This document shows, one piece after another, positions 37,205 to 50,706 of a stretch of DNA of 64,000 nt. Origin of the DNA: Octopus sinensis. Lineage: Eukaryota. A program made the translations under genes and the position numbers. The stretch lies in NCBI RefSeq assembly GCF_006345805.1, contig NC_042998.1, positions 94,054,001-94,118,000 of the forward strand, written 5' to 3'. Positions within the stretch are counted from its first letter, which is position 1, and every line of letters begins with the position of its first letter. The notes beneath the pieces were generated by a model. The model saw only the letters and a program-made list of their open reading frames with translations, did no database searches and was not told where the DNA came from.

Positions 37205-38586
37205 CCACAGGCATCTTTCACTTTCCATCTACCAAATCCACTCACAAGGCTTTGGTTGGCTTGAAGCTATAGTAAAAGATACTTGTCCAAGATACCATGC
37301 AGTGGGACTGTACCTGGATCCATGTGGTTGGGAAGCAAACTAATTACACAGTTACGCCTACATTTATTTTTCCTTCATTTTTAAAGTAGTAGCTTGAGAG
37401 ATTTTTTTTAGCTGCTAATTCTAGAAAGTCAAACAATTGCATACAGGCGTCTTTATTGGTTAGAACGTGTACCTTCAGATTTGTGATGCAAAACAGAAAC
37501 TGTTATACTCTGGTAAAATTCACTTCATTCACAACTGTAGATATAACTGGAGAATAAAGGAATACAAGTTTGATTATTAAACCAATGCACTGCTTACTCT
37601 GCTATCAACGATGCCCTATATGGTATCTCACCATATAACAGTTGACTCTCCTTCAAATTACATCCTACCATTATGAAAAAAAAAATGCACGTTGGATTAC
37701 ATTCCTAGATAACCTTAACCTTTTAGCATTCAGATTACTCTGTCAAATTAATGCTTGTTTATTCAGATTGTTTTGAATTAATCTTGCATTATCTGGTGGT
37801 TAAGAGATCTTGATGATGTGTTGTCTATTTTTAGAATGACATTGTTTGGTAGGTGTGAAAAGCCTGATCTAGCAGAATATTTGAGTCAGATATGCTCAGT
37901 TTAAATGTTAAAGGGTTGAAAATATCGCTTGGTCCTGGCTGGAACTCCTTTGATCATAGATCTGCTTTATCAGAGCAAAACATCATTATGCAGAACCATG
38001 CTTGACAGAGAAGAAAATAAGAGATGCCCAGTTTATCTCACATCAATACATATAATAAACAATTGTATGTCAGAGAATACGCAACAATGCAAAGCCAAGG
38101 CATATCTGAAGCACTAGATCTGTGGATTGCATCTAGTCATTTAACCAAATATTAATATGTTCCATGTTTGCTTTATGGGGACAAACCAGGGTTACACATC
38201 TTCAAAACACAAGTGACTGACACTCTGAAAGTTTATATAACTGCACTCTCTGAAAATTCAGTAATTTAGGCATTTACAAGGTGATTTCAATGATTTTCAA
38301 ATACAGAGACAATTTAATGCATTAATTTGGTTTCCTAACTCTATGTTGTCCAGATTAATCATACAGGAACTCACAGAATACAGGTCACATTATCTCAAGT
38401 ATGAAGAGGATAAAGAAATTTTGATTTACTTCATGTATATGTGTATGTGTGTGTGTTCATGTATGTACATAACCTCTGAACTTAATAGATGACTTGCATA
38501 ATATATTCATAATACATACATACATACATACATACACGTGTACATGCACACACACACATACGTGCGCACACACACACACACTCACA

Positions 38587-38620
<34 letters not shown>

Positions 38621-39474
38621 AACACACACACTCACATTGATCTCTGCCTTATATTCTGTCTTGTTAGTTTTGCTGTACATGAAGCCATAATACAATATGT
38701 GGATTCTTGTTTAAATGAAACATGTGAATTCTTGTTCAGAGAAAGAGATTTGCATAGGTTTAATGAATTTACTATGAATTTATGTGTGGAAGCAGAAGAA
38801 ATAGAGTTAAACAATGCTGAAAATTCTTCTCCAAGATGCTGTTCTTGTCAACATAGAGACAATTCTTAACAAGTATTTGGAAATTTCCTCAAAGGTGGGA
38901 GAAGTCTAGCTATAATCAAAAGCAACTCTATTTCTACACACAACATAACTACAAAGCATATCTCTCTCTTATAGAAATTGATTTAAAAGTTTGCGGATGT
39001 GAAAATCAATGAAGAAAACTTTGTAAGAGGTAGACTTGAATAATTCCTTGTCTAGAGAATTATGAAGATAAGAAGCTAGAGCTCTTGTATACAAAATGAA
39101 AGCAGCCAATGACAAGAAACCAAAATGGACTAAAATTGTTCATGTGAAAAGGAAACAAATTAGCCAAACAGCCTTAGAAGTCCTCAGGAGATCAACAATT
39201 CAGAGAAAACACAAACACTATTAAATTTGAATGCTGCTTTTGACAGAAAAGTCCTTGCAAAAGAAAGATCTTAAAAGATTAGTTTGAAAGAATGAAGTCT
39301 GAATCAAATAGGAAAGGGCTACAGCAATTCCAGGTGTGCAAAATAACAAGCATGAAAATAAGTTGTTTCTTTTTTTGATATTTTTTTTTATATAAAAATG
39401 TACTGGAAAGTCAATTGGCAAAGTCTCCAATGAGATTTTTTTGGAAAATAGTTGATCAAAATAAACACATGTAT

Positions 39475-39720
39475 ATGGGCACAAACAAGGCTGTGTAGTT
39501 AAGAAGATTGCTTTGCAACACCATGGTTCCAGGTTCAGTCTCACTCTGTAGTATTTTGGCCAATATTTTCTAATGTATCCTCAAGCCAAATTAAGGCCTT
39601 TGTGAGTGAATTTGGCAGACAAAAACTATAAGAAGCCAGTTTGTATGTGTGTGTGTGTGTGTTGTGTATGTGTGCGTGTGTGTGCGTGTGTGTGTGCGTG
39701 TGTATGTATATATATATATA
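39475..39720 (+). mobile_element. SINE family A, 5' half
   Basis: Head and central domain ending in (TG/TA)n, where an RTE copy begins. Confidence 0.7.
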
Positions 39721-39723
39721 TAT

Positions 39724-41626
39724 GGTCATGGAGAGGGTCATAGCCCCTCTCATCAGGGAGAGAGAGTCTACTTAGATGAGATGCAGTTTGGTTTTGTGCC
39801 AGGTAGAAACACAATTGATGCCATATTCCTGGTTTGACAACTGCAAGAGAAATACCTAGCTCAAGATAAACCCCTATACTTAGCTTTTGTGGACTTGAAG
39901 AAAACCTTTGACAGAGTCCCCTGATCCCTTATCTGGTGGTCGATGCGGAAACTGGAGATTGACGAATGGTTAGTAAGGGCTGTACAGGCCCGTTACAGAG
40001 AGGTTGTTAGTAAGGTTAGGATTGGCAATGAGTATAGTGAGGAATTCCAGGTAGAAGTAGGTGTCCACCAAGGTTCAGCCCTCTGTCCCCTTTTATTCAT
40101 CACAATCCTCCAGACAATAACAGAGGAATTAAAGACAGGTTGCCCCTGGATGCTCCTCTATGCTGATGACCTGGCTCTCATAACAGAATCACTACTGGAA
40201 CTAGAAAAGAAATTTCGTGTGTGGAAGCTAGGTTTAGAATCAATAGATCTTAGAGTCAATGTAGCAAAGACCACAGTTCTAGTAAGTAGGAAGGCGAACT
40301 CACCCTTAGGTAGGTGGCCCTGCTCGATCTGTAGAAAAGGTGTAGGTAGAAACTCCATAAGATGTACCCAGTGTAAGCTATGGACACATAAGAGGTGCAG
40401 CAACATCAAAGGAAAATTAACCGAGAAGATAGCTTTTGCATGCGGCAGATGCACAGAGGTAATAGACACCACAGATACTCAGAAAACAGATTTCATTACA
40501 GTCCAGAGGAAGAAACTAGAAGTAGTTGATAGTTTCCACTACCTAGGTGACCAAGTTAGTAGTGAGGGTGGATACTCAGAGAGTGTTACCACTAGAATAC
40601 GAATAGCCTGGACAAAGTTTAGAAAGTTTCTTCCCCTACTGGCGACAAAGGGTCTCTCTCTCAGAGTGAAAGGTAGATTGTACAATGCATGTGTACGAAC
40701 TGCCATGCTTCACGGTGAAACATGGGCTCTGACTGCGGAGGACATGTGTAGGCTTGAAAGAAATGAAGCTAGCATGATCCGCTGGATGTGTAATGTCAGT
40801 GTCCGTGCACGACAGAGTGTAAGCGCCCTGAGAGAAATGCTGGACATAAGAAGCATCGGATGTGTTGTGCAGGAGAGACGTTTGCATTGGTATGGTCATG
40901 TACTACAGACGGATGAGGAGAGATGTGTGAAGAAGTGCCACTCCCAAACTGTTGAAGGAATCCGGGGTAGAAATAGACCCAGGAAAACATGGGATGAGGT
41001 GGTCAAGCATGACCTTCAAACACTGGGCCTCGCAGAGGCTATGACAAAAGTCCAAGACCTCTGGAGATATGCTGTGACTGCGAAGACTCGACAAATGAAG
41101 TGAATTCATGGCTCACAGGATGGCCTGCTGTGCTAACCTTGGATTGTAGGGCAGCCTGCTGTGCTTGAGAAGACCTATTGAGTCAAGTATATCAACATCA
41201 AAATAAAAATCAAATGGATATTATAGTTGTGATACTCATGCCGGTGGCATGTTGGGCATCACATAGGAAATGACGAAAGGCCGAGACCTCTGAGATATGC
41301 TGTGACTGTGAAGACCCGACAAATGAAGTGAGTTCATGGCTCACAGAATGGCCTGCTGTGCTAACCTTGGGTTGTAGAGTGACCCACTGTGCTTGAGGAG
41401 ACCTATTGAGTCAAGTATGTCAACATCAATATCAAAATAAAAATCAAATAGAAATTGTAGCCCGTAAAAAGCACCATCTGAACGGTGGCTGATGCCAGCG
41501 CCGCCTGATCAGCATCCGTGTCGGTGACACATAAAAAGCACCAACCGATCGTGGTCATTTGCCAGCCTCCTCTGGCCCCTATACAACCCATGCTAGCATG
41601 GAAAATGAGCATTAAACAATGATGAT
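39724..41626 (+). mobile_element. RTE LINE, subfamily 2, 5'-truncated
   Basis: MQFGFVPG...AFVDLKKTFDRVP* with stops, then ORF 39943-41103 with QGSALCPLLF, YADD, PHD-like Cys/His and FHYLG, followed by a 3' UTR and (ATG) tail. Confidence 0.95.
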
Positions 41627-41945
41627 ATATATATAATATATATATATAAATATATGCTGGGTGGTTGGTGTTAAGAAGAGCATCCAGCTGTAAAATCCCT
41701 GCAAAAACAGAAGTCTGGTGCAGGTTTCTGGCTGGCTCCTGTCGAACCGTCCCACCCATGCCAGCATGGAAGGCTGACATTAAACAATGATGATGATGAT
41801 TAATTGAATAAAGATGGCTATGGCCAGTCTATGCCATCTTTGGCTGGTTTATAGCTATCTTTATCTAATTACTTTACTGCTCTATAACTTAAAGATTTAT
41901 GATTTACTGATGGCATGTATACACACACACACACATATACATACA

Positions 41946-42028
<83 letters not shown>

Positions 42029-42595
42029 ATATATCGTCATCTTCATCATTGTCATTGTTTAATTTCTGCCTTCCATGCTAACATGTGTGTGTGTGTATAT
42101 ATATATAAATATTTGTATTTTTCAATGTGTACATATATCAAGGAAAAAAAAATAAATAGTTACCAGGGAAGCAAAAATTCCCATAAGCACCAAAGATATT
42201 ACAGACTACTTATAAAGGTAGAAATTCCAGGGATAATTGAAATGTATATATACACACATACATATATATATGTGTGTATGCATGTATATATTTGTGTGGC
42301 TGCATTTGTCCCTCTCCAACATCACTTGACAACTGATGCTGCTGTGTTTATGTCCCCATAACTTAGTGGTTTGGCAAAAGAGACTGATAGGATAAGCACT
42401 AAGCTTAGAAGAATAAGTCCTTGGGTCAGTTTGCTTGACTAAAGGCGGTGCTTCAGTATGGCCTAAGTCAAATGACTGAAACAAGTAAAAGAATAAAAGA
42501 ATATATATATATATATATATATATATCACTGTCATCATCATCATTTAACACCCATTGTCCAACCCATGCCAGCATGATGAAAATGATGATGATGA

Positions 42596-42641
<46 letters not shown>

Positions 42642-42642
<1 letters not shown>

Positions 42643-44726
42643 AAGTCCCCTTAAGACCCAAAATAACGTGGTGGTGGAACAATATTGTTGACAGGGCTAT
42701 TAGACAAAAGAAACAGGCTTGGAAGGCCTGGAAGAACGGTGGTAGCAGGGAAGTGTATCAGTCTGCCAGAAGGGAAGCCAGGAGACAGGTCTATCTAGCC
42801 AGAGGGGAAGCAGAGAAGGAAAAATTTGCCAATGTCCTGCGTCGTGAGGATGAAAGACTTGAGGTATTTCGTGTTGCAAGACAGTGTGTGAGAGAGAATC
42901 GTGACGTGGTAGGAGAGAAATGTGTTCGCAAGGAGGACGGTTCACTTGCACTTAATGAGGGTGCAAAGAGAGAGACTTGGAGACGCCACTATGATAGGTT
43001 GCTGAATGAAGAAAATGAATGGGATAAAGAGAGTCTGCCGAATGTCGACCCAACAGAGGGACCAGCAATCCGAGTTAACAGTTCCTTAGTAGATAAGGCA
43101 ATTAGAAGCATGAAAACAGGGAAAGCCCCAGGCCCATCAGGAATTACTGCAGAGATGCTCAAAATATCTGGTGGTGTCGGCTATAGCTTAGTCACCCGTA
43201 TAGTTAACCAGGTGATACACGAGGGGGTCATACCCAATGACTGGTGTAGCAGCATAATAGTCAACTGCTACAAAGGTAAAGGCGACGCCCTAGAGACAAA
43301 TAACTACAGGGGCATCAAGCTGCTGGATCAGGTAATGAAGGTTACGGAGAGGGTTGTAGCCCAACTAATTAGAGAGAGAGTTACCTTAGATGATATGCAG
43401 TTTGGGTTCGTGCCAGGGAAAAGTACTACTGATGCTATATTCCTGGTAAGACAGCTGCAGGAGAAATACCTAGCCAAAGATAAGCCCTTGTACCTGGCTT
43501 TTGTTGACTTGGAGAAAGCCTTTGACAGGGTCCCCCGGTCCCTTATCTGGTGGTCAATGAGGAAACTAGGGATAGAAGAATGGTTGGTGAGAGCTGTGCA
43601 AGCCATGTACAGAGACGCTGCTAGTAAGGTGAGGGTGGGCAACGAGTACAGTGAAGAATTCCGGGTAGAGGTTGGGGTCCACCAAGGTTCAGTCCTCAGT
43701 CCCCTCCTATTTATCATAGTCCTCCAGGCAATAACGGAGGAATTCAAGACAGGTTGCCCCTGGGAGCTCCTCTATGCTGATGACCTTGCTCTAATTGCTG
43801 AGTCACTATCAGAACTGGAGGAGAAGTTCCAGGTGTGGAAACAAGGATTAGAATCGAAGGGCCTTAGAATCAACCTAGCCAAAACCAAAGTTCTAATAAG
43901 TAGGAAGGTAGATCAATCACAAACGCCTTCAGGTAGATGGCCCTGCTCGATCTGTAAAAAAGGTGTAGGTAGAAACTCTATAAGATGCACCAAGTGTAAG
44001 CTATGGACACATAAGAGGTGCAGCAATGTCAAAGGAAGGCTAACTAGGAAAATAGTTTTTGTCTGTGGCAAATGCTCAGGAGCAATAAACACTGGAAATA
44101 TGCAGAGACCAACTTCTGCCACGTTCCAGGGAGACAAACTAGAAGTAGTTGATAGCTTCCGCTACCTAGGAGACCAAGTCAGTAGCGGGGGTGGGTGTGC
44201 TGAAAGTGTAACTGCTAGAGTAAGAATAGCCTGGGCAAAGTTTAGAGAGCTCTTACCCCTGCTGGTGACAAAAGGCCTCTCGCTCAGAGTAAAAGGCAGA
44301 CTGTATGATGCATGTGTACGTACAGCCATGCTACATGGTAGTGAAACATGGGCCGTGACTGCTGAGGATATGCGTAAGCTCGCAAGAAATGAAGCCAGTA
44401 TGCTCCGATGGATGTGTAATGTCAGTGTTCATAATCGTCAGAGTGTAAGTTCCTTGAGAGAAAAGCTGAACCTAAGAAGCGTCAGTTGTGGCGTGCAAGA
44501 GAGACGGCTGCGCTGGTATGGTCATGTGACAAGAAAGGCTGAAGATAGTTGTGTGCAAAAGTGCTACACCCTAGCAGTGGAGGGAACCTGTGGAAGAGGT
44601 AGACCCAGGAAAACCTGGGACGAGGTGGTGAAGCACGACCTTCGAACTTTAGGTCTCACTAAGGAAATGTCTAGAGACCGAGACCTATGGAAGTATGCTG
44701 TGCATGAGAAGACCCGGCAAGACTAG
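42642..44726 (+). CDS. RTE ORF2 remnant: reverse transcriptase with an inserted PHD-type finger (endonuclease missing)
   Basis: KITWWWN, KAPGPSG, NYRGIKLL, QFGFVPGKST, FVDLEKAFDRVP, QGSVLSPLLF, YADD (43773-43784), FRYLG, RLRWYGHV and GRGRPRKTW. No stops over ~690 codons. The ORF-track start at 42555 lies in unrelated repeat sequence, so there is no native start. Confidence 0.93.
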
Positions 44727-44789
44727 TCAGGCCATAACCCGTGGCCCCGACCTGGGACGTAGTCAGTCCTGTGCATACCTTCCTTCTTG

Positions 44790-46250
44790 TGACACTTATG
44801 AAGACCTGTTGAGGCAAGTGAAAATCAAATCAAATCAAAACAAATCAAAATAGATGAACATCAATGGAATTTGTATCTTTGTGGTACCAGTGCCGGTGGC
44901 ACACAAGAAAACCACCCAAACGTGGCCGTAACCAGTACCGCATCGACTGGCCTCCGTGCTGTGGGCACAACAAACACCATCCGATCGTGGCCGTTCGCCA
45001 GCCTCATCTGCGGTGGCACATAAAGACACCATCCGAAGACCCGGCGACGTAGTCAGTCCACCTGTGCATACCTTCCCTCTTATGACACTTGTGAAGACCT
45101 GTTGAGGCAAGTGTGTGACACTTGTAAAGACCTGTTGAGGCAAGTGAAAATCAAACCAAATCAGAATAGATGAATATCAATGGAATTTGTATCTTTGTGG
45201 TTCCAGTACCGGTGGCACACAAGAAAACCATCCGAAGTGGCCGTAGCTGGTACCGCATCGACTGGCCTCCGTGCTGTGGGCACAACAAACACCATCTGAT
45301 CGTGGCCGTTCGCCAGCCTCACCTGGCACCTGTGTCGGTGGCACATAAAAACACCATCCAAAGACCCGGCGACGTAGTCAGTCCACCTGTGCATACCTTC
45401 CCTCTTATGACACTTGTGAAGACCTGTTGAGGCAGAGGCAAGTGTGTGACACTTTGTGAAGACCTGTTGAGGCAGAGGCAAGTGTGTGACACTTGTGGAG
45501 ACCTGTTGAGGCAAGTGTGTGACACGCGTGACACTTGTGAAGACCTGTTGAGGCAAGTGAAAATCAAACCAAATCAAAATAGATGAACATCAATGGAATT
45601 TGTATCTTTGTGGTTCCAGTACCGGTGGCACACAAGAAAACCATCCGATCGTGGCCGTTCGCCAGCCACATCTGGCACCTGTGTCGGTGGCACATAAAGA
45701 CACCATCCGAAGACCCGGCGACGTAGACAGTCCACCTGTGCATACCTTCCTTCTTGTGACACTTGTGAAGACCTGTTGAGGCAAGTGACACTTGTGAAGA
45801 CCTGTTGAGGCAAGTGAAAATCAAATCAAATCAAAACAAATCAAAATAGATGAGCATAAATGGAATTTGTATCTTTGTGGTACCAGTGCCGGTGGCACAC
45901 AAGAAAATCATCCGAACGTGGCCGTAGCCAGTACCGCATAGACTGGCCTCCGTGCTTTGGGGACGTAACAAACACCATCCGATCGTGGCCGTCCGCCAGC
46001 CTCATCTGGCACCTGTGTCGGTGGCACATAAAAACACCATCCGAGCGTGGCCGTCTGCCAGCCTCGTCTGGCACCTGCCAGCCTCATCTGGCACCTGTGT
46101 CGGTGGCACATAAAAACACCATCCGAGCGTGGCCGTCTGCCAGCCTCGTCTGGCACCTGTGTCGGTGGCACATAAAAACACCATCCGAGCGTGGCCGTTC
46201 GCCAGCCTCGTCTGGCACCTGTGTCGGTGGCACATAAAATCACCCACTAC
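44790..46250 (+). repeat. Hierarchical tandem repeats in the RTE 3' UTR
   Basis: About four reiterated long units, containing ~33-38 bp (GACACTTGTGAAGACCTGTTGAGGCAAGTG) and ~59 bp (GCACCTGTGTCGGTGGCACATAAAAACACCATCCG...) sub-repeats. Confidence 0.9.
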
Positions 46251-47139
46251 ACTCTCGGAGTGGTTGGCGTTAGGAAGGGCATCCAGCTGTAGAAACACTG
46301 CCAGATCTGACTGGCCTGGTGCAGCCTTCGGGCTCCCCAGACCCCAGTTGAACCGTCCAACCCATGCTAGCATGGAAAACGGACGCTAAATGATGATGAT
46401 GATGATGATGATATATATATATGGTGTAGGTAGCAAAATAGTTGAATGATCTCCCTTGCAAGAAAGATTATAGAATAACCTTTTCTAAGTTTCTTGAAGC
46501 ATCTGTGTCATGAGACATGATTCTTAATTATTCTAGAAGGTTAGCGTTTCCCTTGGAAGTTTCTAGAATGTCTAGCATTCCATTATTAAAAACAGCTTGC
46601 TAACCCAGCTTTTCGCTTCCTAGTCAGTTAGACTTAGAGCCATTCATGTCATTGCTATGTCCATCTATTTCTCTGTGCCACATGACTGAGAACCACCACT
46701 TAGCTGTTATTTCTACATTTTCTATCTCTGAACTTTCTTGCATAGATTACTTCATTCAACTAGATTCTACATTTTGATTCTATGTGTCATCATCAATCAG
46801 TAAATAAAATATATTTTTATGTAGTAAATGTATAGATCTTGAATTCATTCTTTCATCTCTATATGGACACTTGTAATAACATACACACAACCACAACAAC
46901 ACCTTGCGAAGATCTGTTGAGTCAAGTGAAGTCATTGCCATGGCTGATACCAGTACCACCTGACTGACACCTGTACCAGTGGCATGTAAAAAGCATTCGA
47001 ATGTGGTCAATGATGTAGTGTATTCCCACTACATCATCATCATCATTGAAGTAGCTGGCCCTGTGCCGTCAAAAATGAAGGCTAATTTTATTATTTTATA
47101 TATAAAGGCACAAAATAATCACAGATACAAACTCCTATC

Positions 47140-47290
47140 CCTACCCAGAATTCTTCACTATACTCATTGCCAACCCTCACCTTCCTGACAGCATCCCTGT
47201 ACATAGCTTGTACAGCTATCACTAACCACTCATCTATCCCTAGTTTCCGCATTGAATAGGTGACTGGCAGGTTTCCTGAAGTTAGTATTA
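47140..47290 (-). pseudogene. RTE RT fragment
   Basis: MRKLGIDEWLVIAVQAMYRDAVRKVRVGNEYSEEFWVG. Confidence 0.88.
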
Positions 47291-49049
47291 CAAACCATAA
47301 GATCATTTGCATTGCAGAACTCCAGCAGCCTGGTTCCCTCCACATTGCGTAAAATCAGCCTCTAATACCTGTTTTCCATGCTGGCATGGGTTTGATGGTT
47401 TGACAAGAGCTTTCTCTTCTGCTTTTCTCCAGTTGGATTCCTGCTTTTTCAGTTCTAACACAGTATCCCTTTTCCTTTTGAATTTTGCTGTTCTGAGTGA
47501 AGACTATCCTCTCCCACATATTTTTGATTTTGGATTGTCATCAATGCTTCTGACTTGTTTTACTTCTAGGTTGGGATGTTGGCTCTATGAAAACCCACTT
47601 TTACTTATTAGAAGTCATCCATATTAGTCTGGTTTCTATCCTTTGGCCTATCCAACATAAGAGGCCCTATTAGGAGCTTGTGTTCTGCTAGCAAAGCTCC
47701 CAGTGTCATTGAGGCACATATCCCATCACACTGCAGCAAAAACAGGACCTTATATTAGACCAACACTATGCTAGAATGTATTTTCTGTGGAGTAGCCCAC
47801 AGCAATGGAAAACGACATGCTCTGCTCAAAGACACAATGGGACACCCAGTCCAAGTAAATATTTAACTAAACATGCATGTGTATGTGTATCATTTAGTAA
47901 GTAAGTGGATGGATAGATCGTCAGGTAGATAGCTAGAGATGTTCATATTTGAAATATGGTACAAAGCTAAGTGCCTGTCATTCATATACAGCAGGGACCC
48001 TATCATTGCAAATATTTCACTAATGTCTATAAAATCATTCTTCTGGAATTCTTTTAGTATTGTATTGCTTTTAAATGTTGTCCAAGAAAAATCTATAGAA
48101 AGCAAAAAAAAAAAAAAATAATAATAATAATTAAATAAATACTTTCCATCTTTGAATATTTCAAAAACATTTTACTCGGATTTAATGTCTTAAGATTCCA
48201 ATATTGTTTAGAGATGCTTTATAAAGCAGAACTGAAGACATGTCTTGAAATATGTCAGTCAAATATAGTCTTCTGTCATGTTAAAGAAATAGTTACTTCA
48301 ACATTTTTTAATATTTCCGTTTTACTAGAAATTTATATCTTCACTCTATTAGTCATGATTATTTTGATAGCAAAATTTTAAAAATTAACTTTACTTCTTT
48401 AAATCTAAATTTTCTGGTGCATTAAATTCTATTTATGTTTTATTTATTTTTGTTGAGAATTAAAATGTTCTATTTATCTTTACTTTCACTATCACATACC
48501 ATGAAAATTTAAAAAAGAAAAATAATGTAAAATAAATTAAATGACCTTAGCAACAATTAATTATATACCAAATATTAATTATGGATACAGCGACCTCTCT
48601 CATTCCACAACATTAATAAAGAACCTCACATGAAGCAAGATAACTCAACTACAACATACTGGCATGATTCATGAACAAGCCACCACTTGAACCTTGAACC
48701 TTCACGTTCTTTACAAGTAATGTGTGTGTGTGTGAGTACACATATATTATCGTCATTCATCAGCATCATTTTAATTTCCACTTTTCCAGTTTTGCATGGG
48801 TCAGATGGATTTTGTTGAGGCAAACTTCTACAGCCAGATGCTCTGCCACATCATCAGCCCTTATTTGTTTTCAAGCAAGATGATATTCTCCCCATGGCCT
48901 TTCATATTTTCATGAAGAATTGGTCACAGGCAACACTATTTGTATGGGAACATTTGTTTACAATTATCACATAATGTCAAAACAAGGATGCATGCAAACA
49001 CACACATATAAACATGAACACATACACACGTGCACACAAATATATAGAT

Positions 49050-49480
49050 CATCATCACCATCATCATCATTTAATGTCCACTTTCCATGCTGGCATGGGT
49101 TGGACAGTTTGACTGAATACTGGTGAGCCAGAGGCTGCACTAGGCTCAATCTGATCTGGCAAAGTTTCTACAGCTGGATGCCCTTCCTAATGCCAACCAC
49201 TCCAAGAGTGTAGTGGGTGCTTTTACGTGCCATTGGCACAAAGGCTAGTCAGGTTGTTCTGGCAACGATCACGCTCAAATGTCATTTTTCACATACCATC
49301 GGCACAGGTGCCGGTAAGGCGATGCTGAAAACAATCACACTTGAATGGCGCTTTTCATATATCACCAGCATGGGAGCCAATCTGTGACCCCTGGCAACGA
49401 TCACGCTCGGATGTGCTTTTAACGTTCCACTGGCATGAGTGCCAATCAGGCAGTACTGTCATCGGCCCTGTCAGCAATTT
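49050..49480 (-). mobile_element. RTE 3' UTR/tail copy
   Basis: (CAT)n tail and conserved tail sequence. Confidence 0.82.
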
Positions 49481-49524
49481 TGATTTTCACACACACACAC
49501 ACACACACACATACATCCATACAT

Positions 49525-49838
49525 ATAAAAGAGTAAAGCACCCCACTTTAGTCATGAATGACCACATGGGATTGCACATAGAAAGTTACTCTCTGAGGCG
49601 CAAGTCCAGGCAAGGTTGTTTATGGAAGACCAACAGCTGCCCATGCATACCCTCTCCACGTCACTGTTATCCAAAGTAAAGGCAAAGACCAGTACAGCTT
49701 GGCACCATTGACATCGCAACTCATTTCTAAAGCTGAGTGAACTGGAACAACTTGAAATAAAGTGTCTTGCTCAAGAACATAACACACAGACCGGTCTGGG
49801 AATCGAACTCACTACCTCATGTTTGTGTGCCCAATGCT
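49525..49838 (-). mobile_element. tRNA-head SINE, family D
   Basis: The minus strand has a GAGTTCGATTCCC B-box followed by GTTCTTGAGCAAGACACTTTATTT. A related head lies at ~12700-12810. Confidence 0.6.
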
Positions 49839-50706
49839 ATATATATATAGATGGGTCTTTTTTTTAGTTATTTTCTATCAAATTCAAATCCACTTGCAAG
49901 GCTTTGGTTAGTCTTGGGGCTATAGTAGATGACATTTTCTCACACAGTGAGACTGAACTGAAAAGCATGTGGTTAGAAAGTAAACATCTTACCCACACAG
50001 CTACAAATGTGTGTGTGTGTGTGTATTCATTTACAATTGCTCTTCCCTGAAATTTGCTCAGCAATGAGCAGTGACTTTGCCCTCATTTCCTCTGTCAACA
50101 GGTCTTCCATTAGCTTTGTATCTATGAAGTCATATGGAATAAAATATCTTTTACTTGAAAAGCAGGTAAAGGTTAGCAGCAGGAAGAGTATCCAGCTGTA
50201 AATATCTTGATAACATGTTCATTTAACCCATGCTAGATTGGAAATCAGATGTAAAATGTAATGAAACAATTAGTTTCAATGTTTATGGCTCTTCAGAACT
50301 TGCCAACTATCAACTACTTCAATCCAAACTCATTCAAAACACTTTGCACTCTCTCTCTCTCCCTTTCTCTCTTTCTCTCACTCTTTCTCATCATCATCAC
50401 TATTATGTCTCCTGTCTAAAATTCCATACTTTCATATTCTTTCCTGCTCAAAACGTCATCCATCATCATCATCATCACCACCACCACCACCATCACCACA
50501 ACCACAACCACCACCACCACCACTACCGCCACCACTACCGCCACCATCATCATCATCATCATTTGAGGTACGCTTCCTTGCTTGCGTAGATCAGACGGGA
50601 TTTGTTGAGGCAGATCTTCTACAGCCAGATGCTCTTCCTGTCATCAACCTTCACTTGTTTCCATGTAAGATATTTCCCCATAGTCAGACATATTTTCATA
50701 CAAGAC

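Larger units (their letters stand above)
42640..46412 (+). mobile_element. RTE LINE, subfamily 1, 5'-truncated and young, with a reiterated 3' UTR
   Basis: Begins in (TA)n, carries an intact RT frame to 44726, a ~1.7-kb repetitive 3' region and a (GAT)n tail. Confidence 0.96.

Noticed and set aside
45100-46250. CRISPR-like appearance of 33-59 bp repeats
   Set aside because: Repeats are head-to-tail without unique spacers, lie in a LINE 3' UTR in eukaryotic DNA, and have no cas genes.
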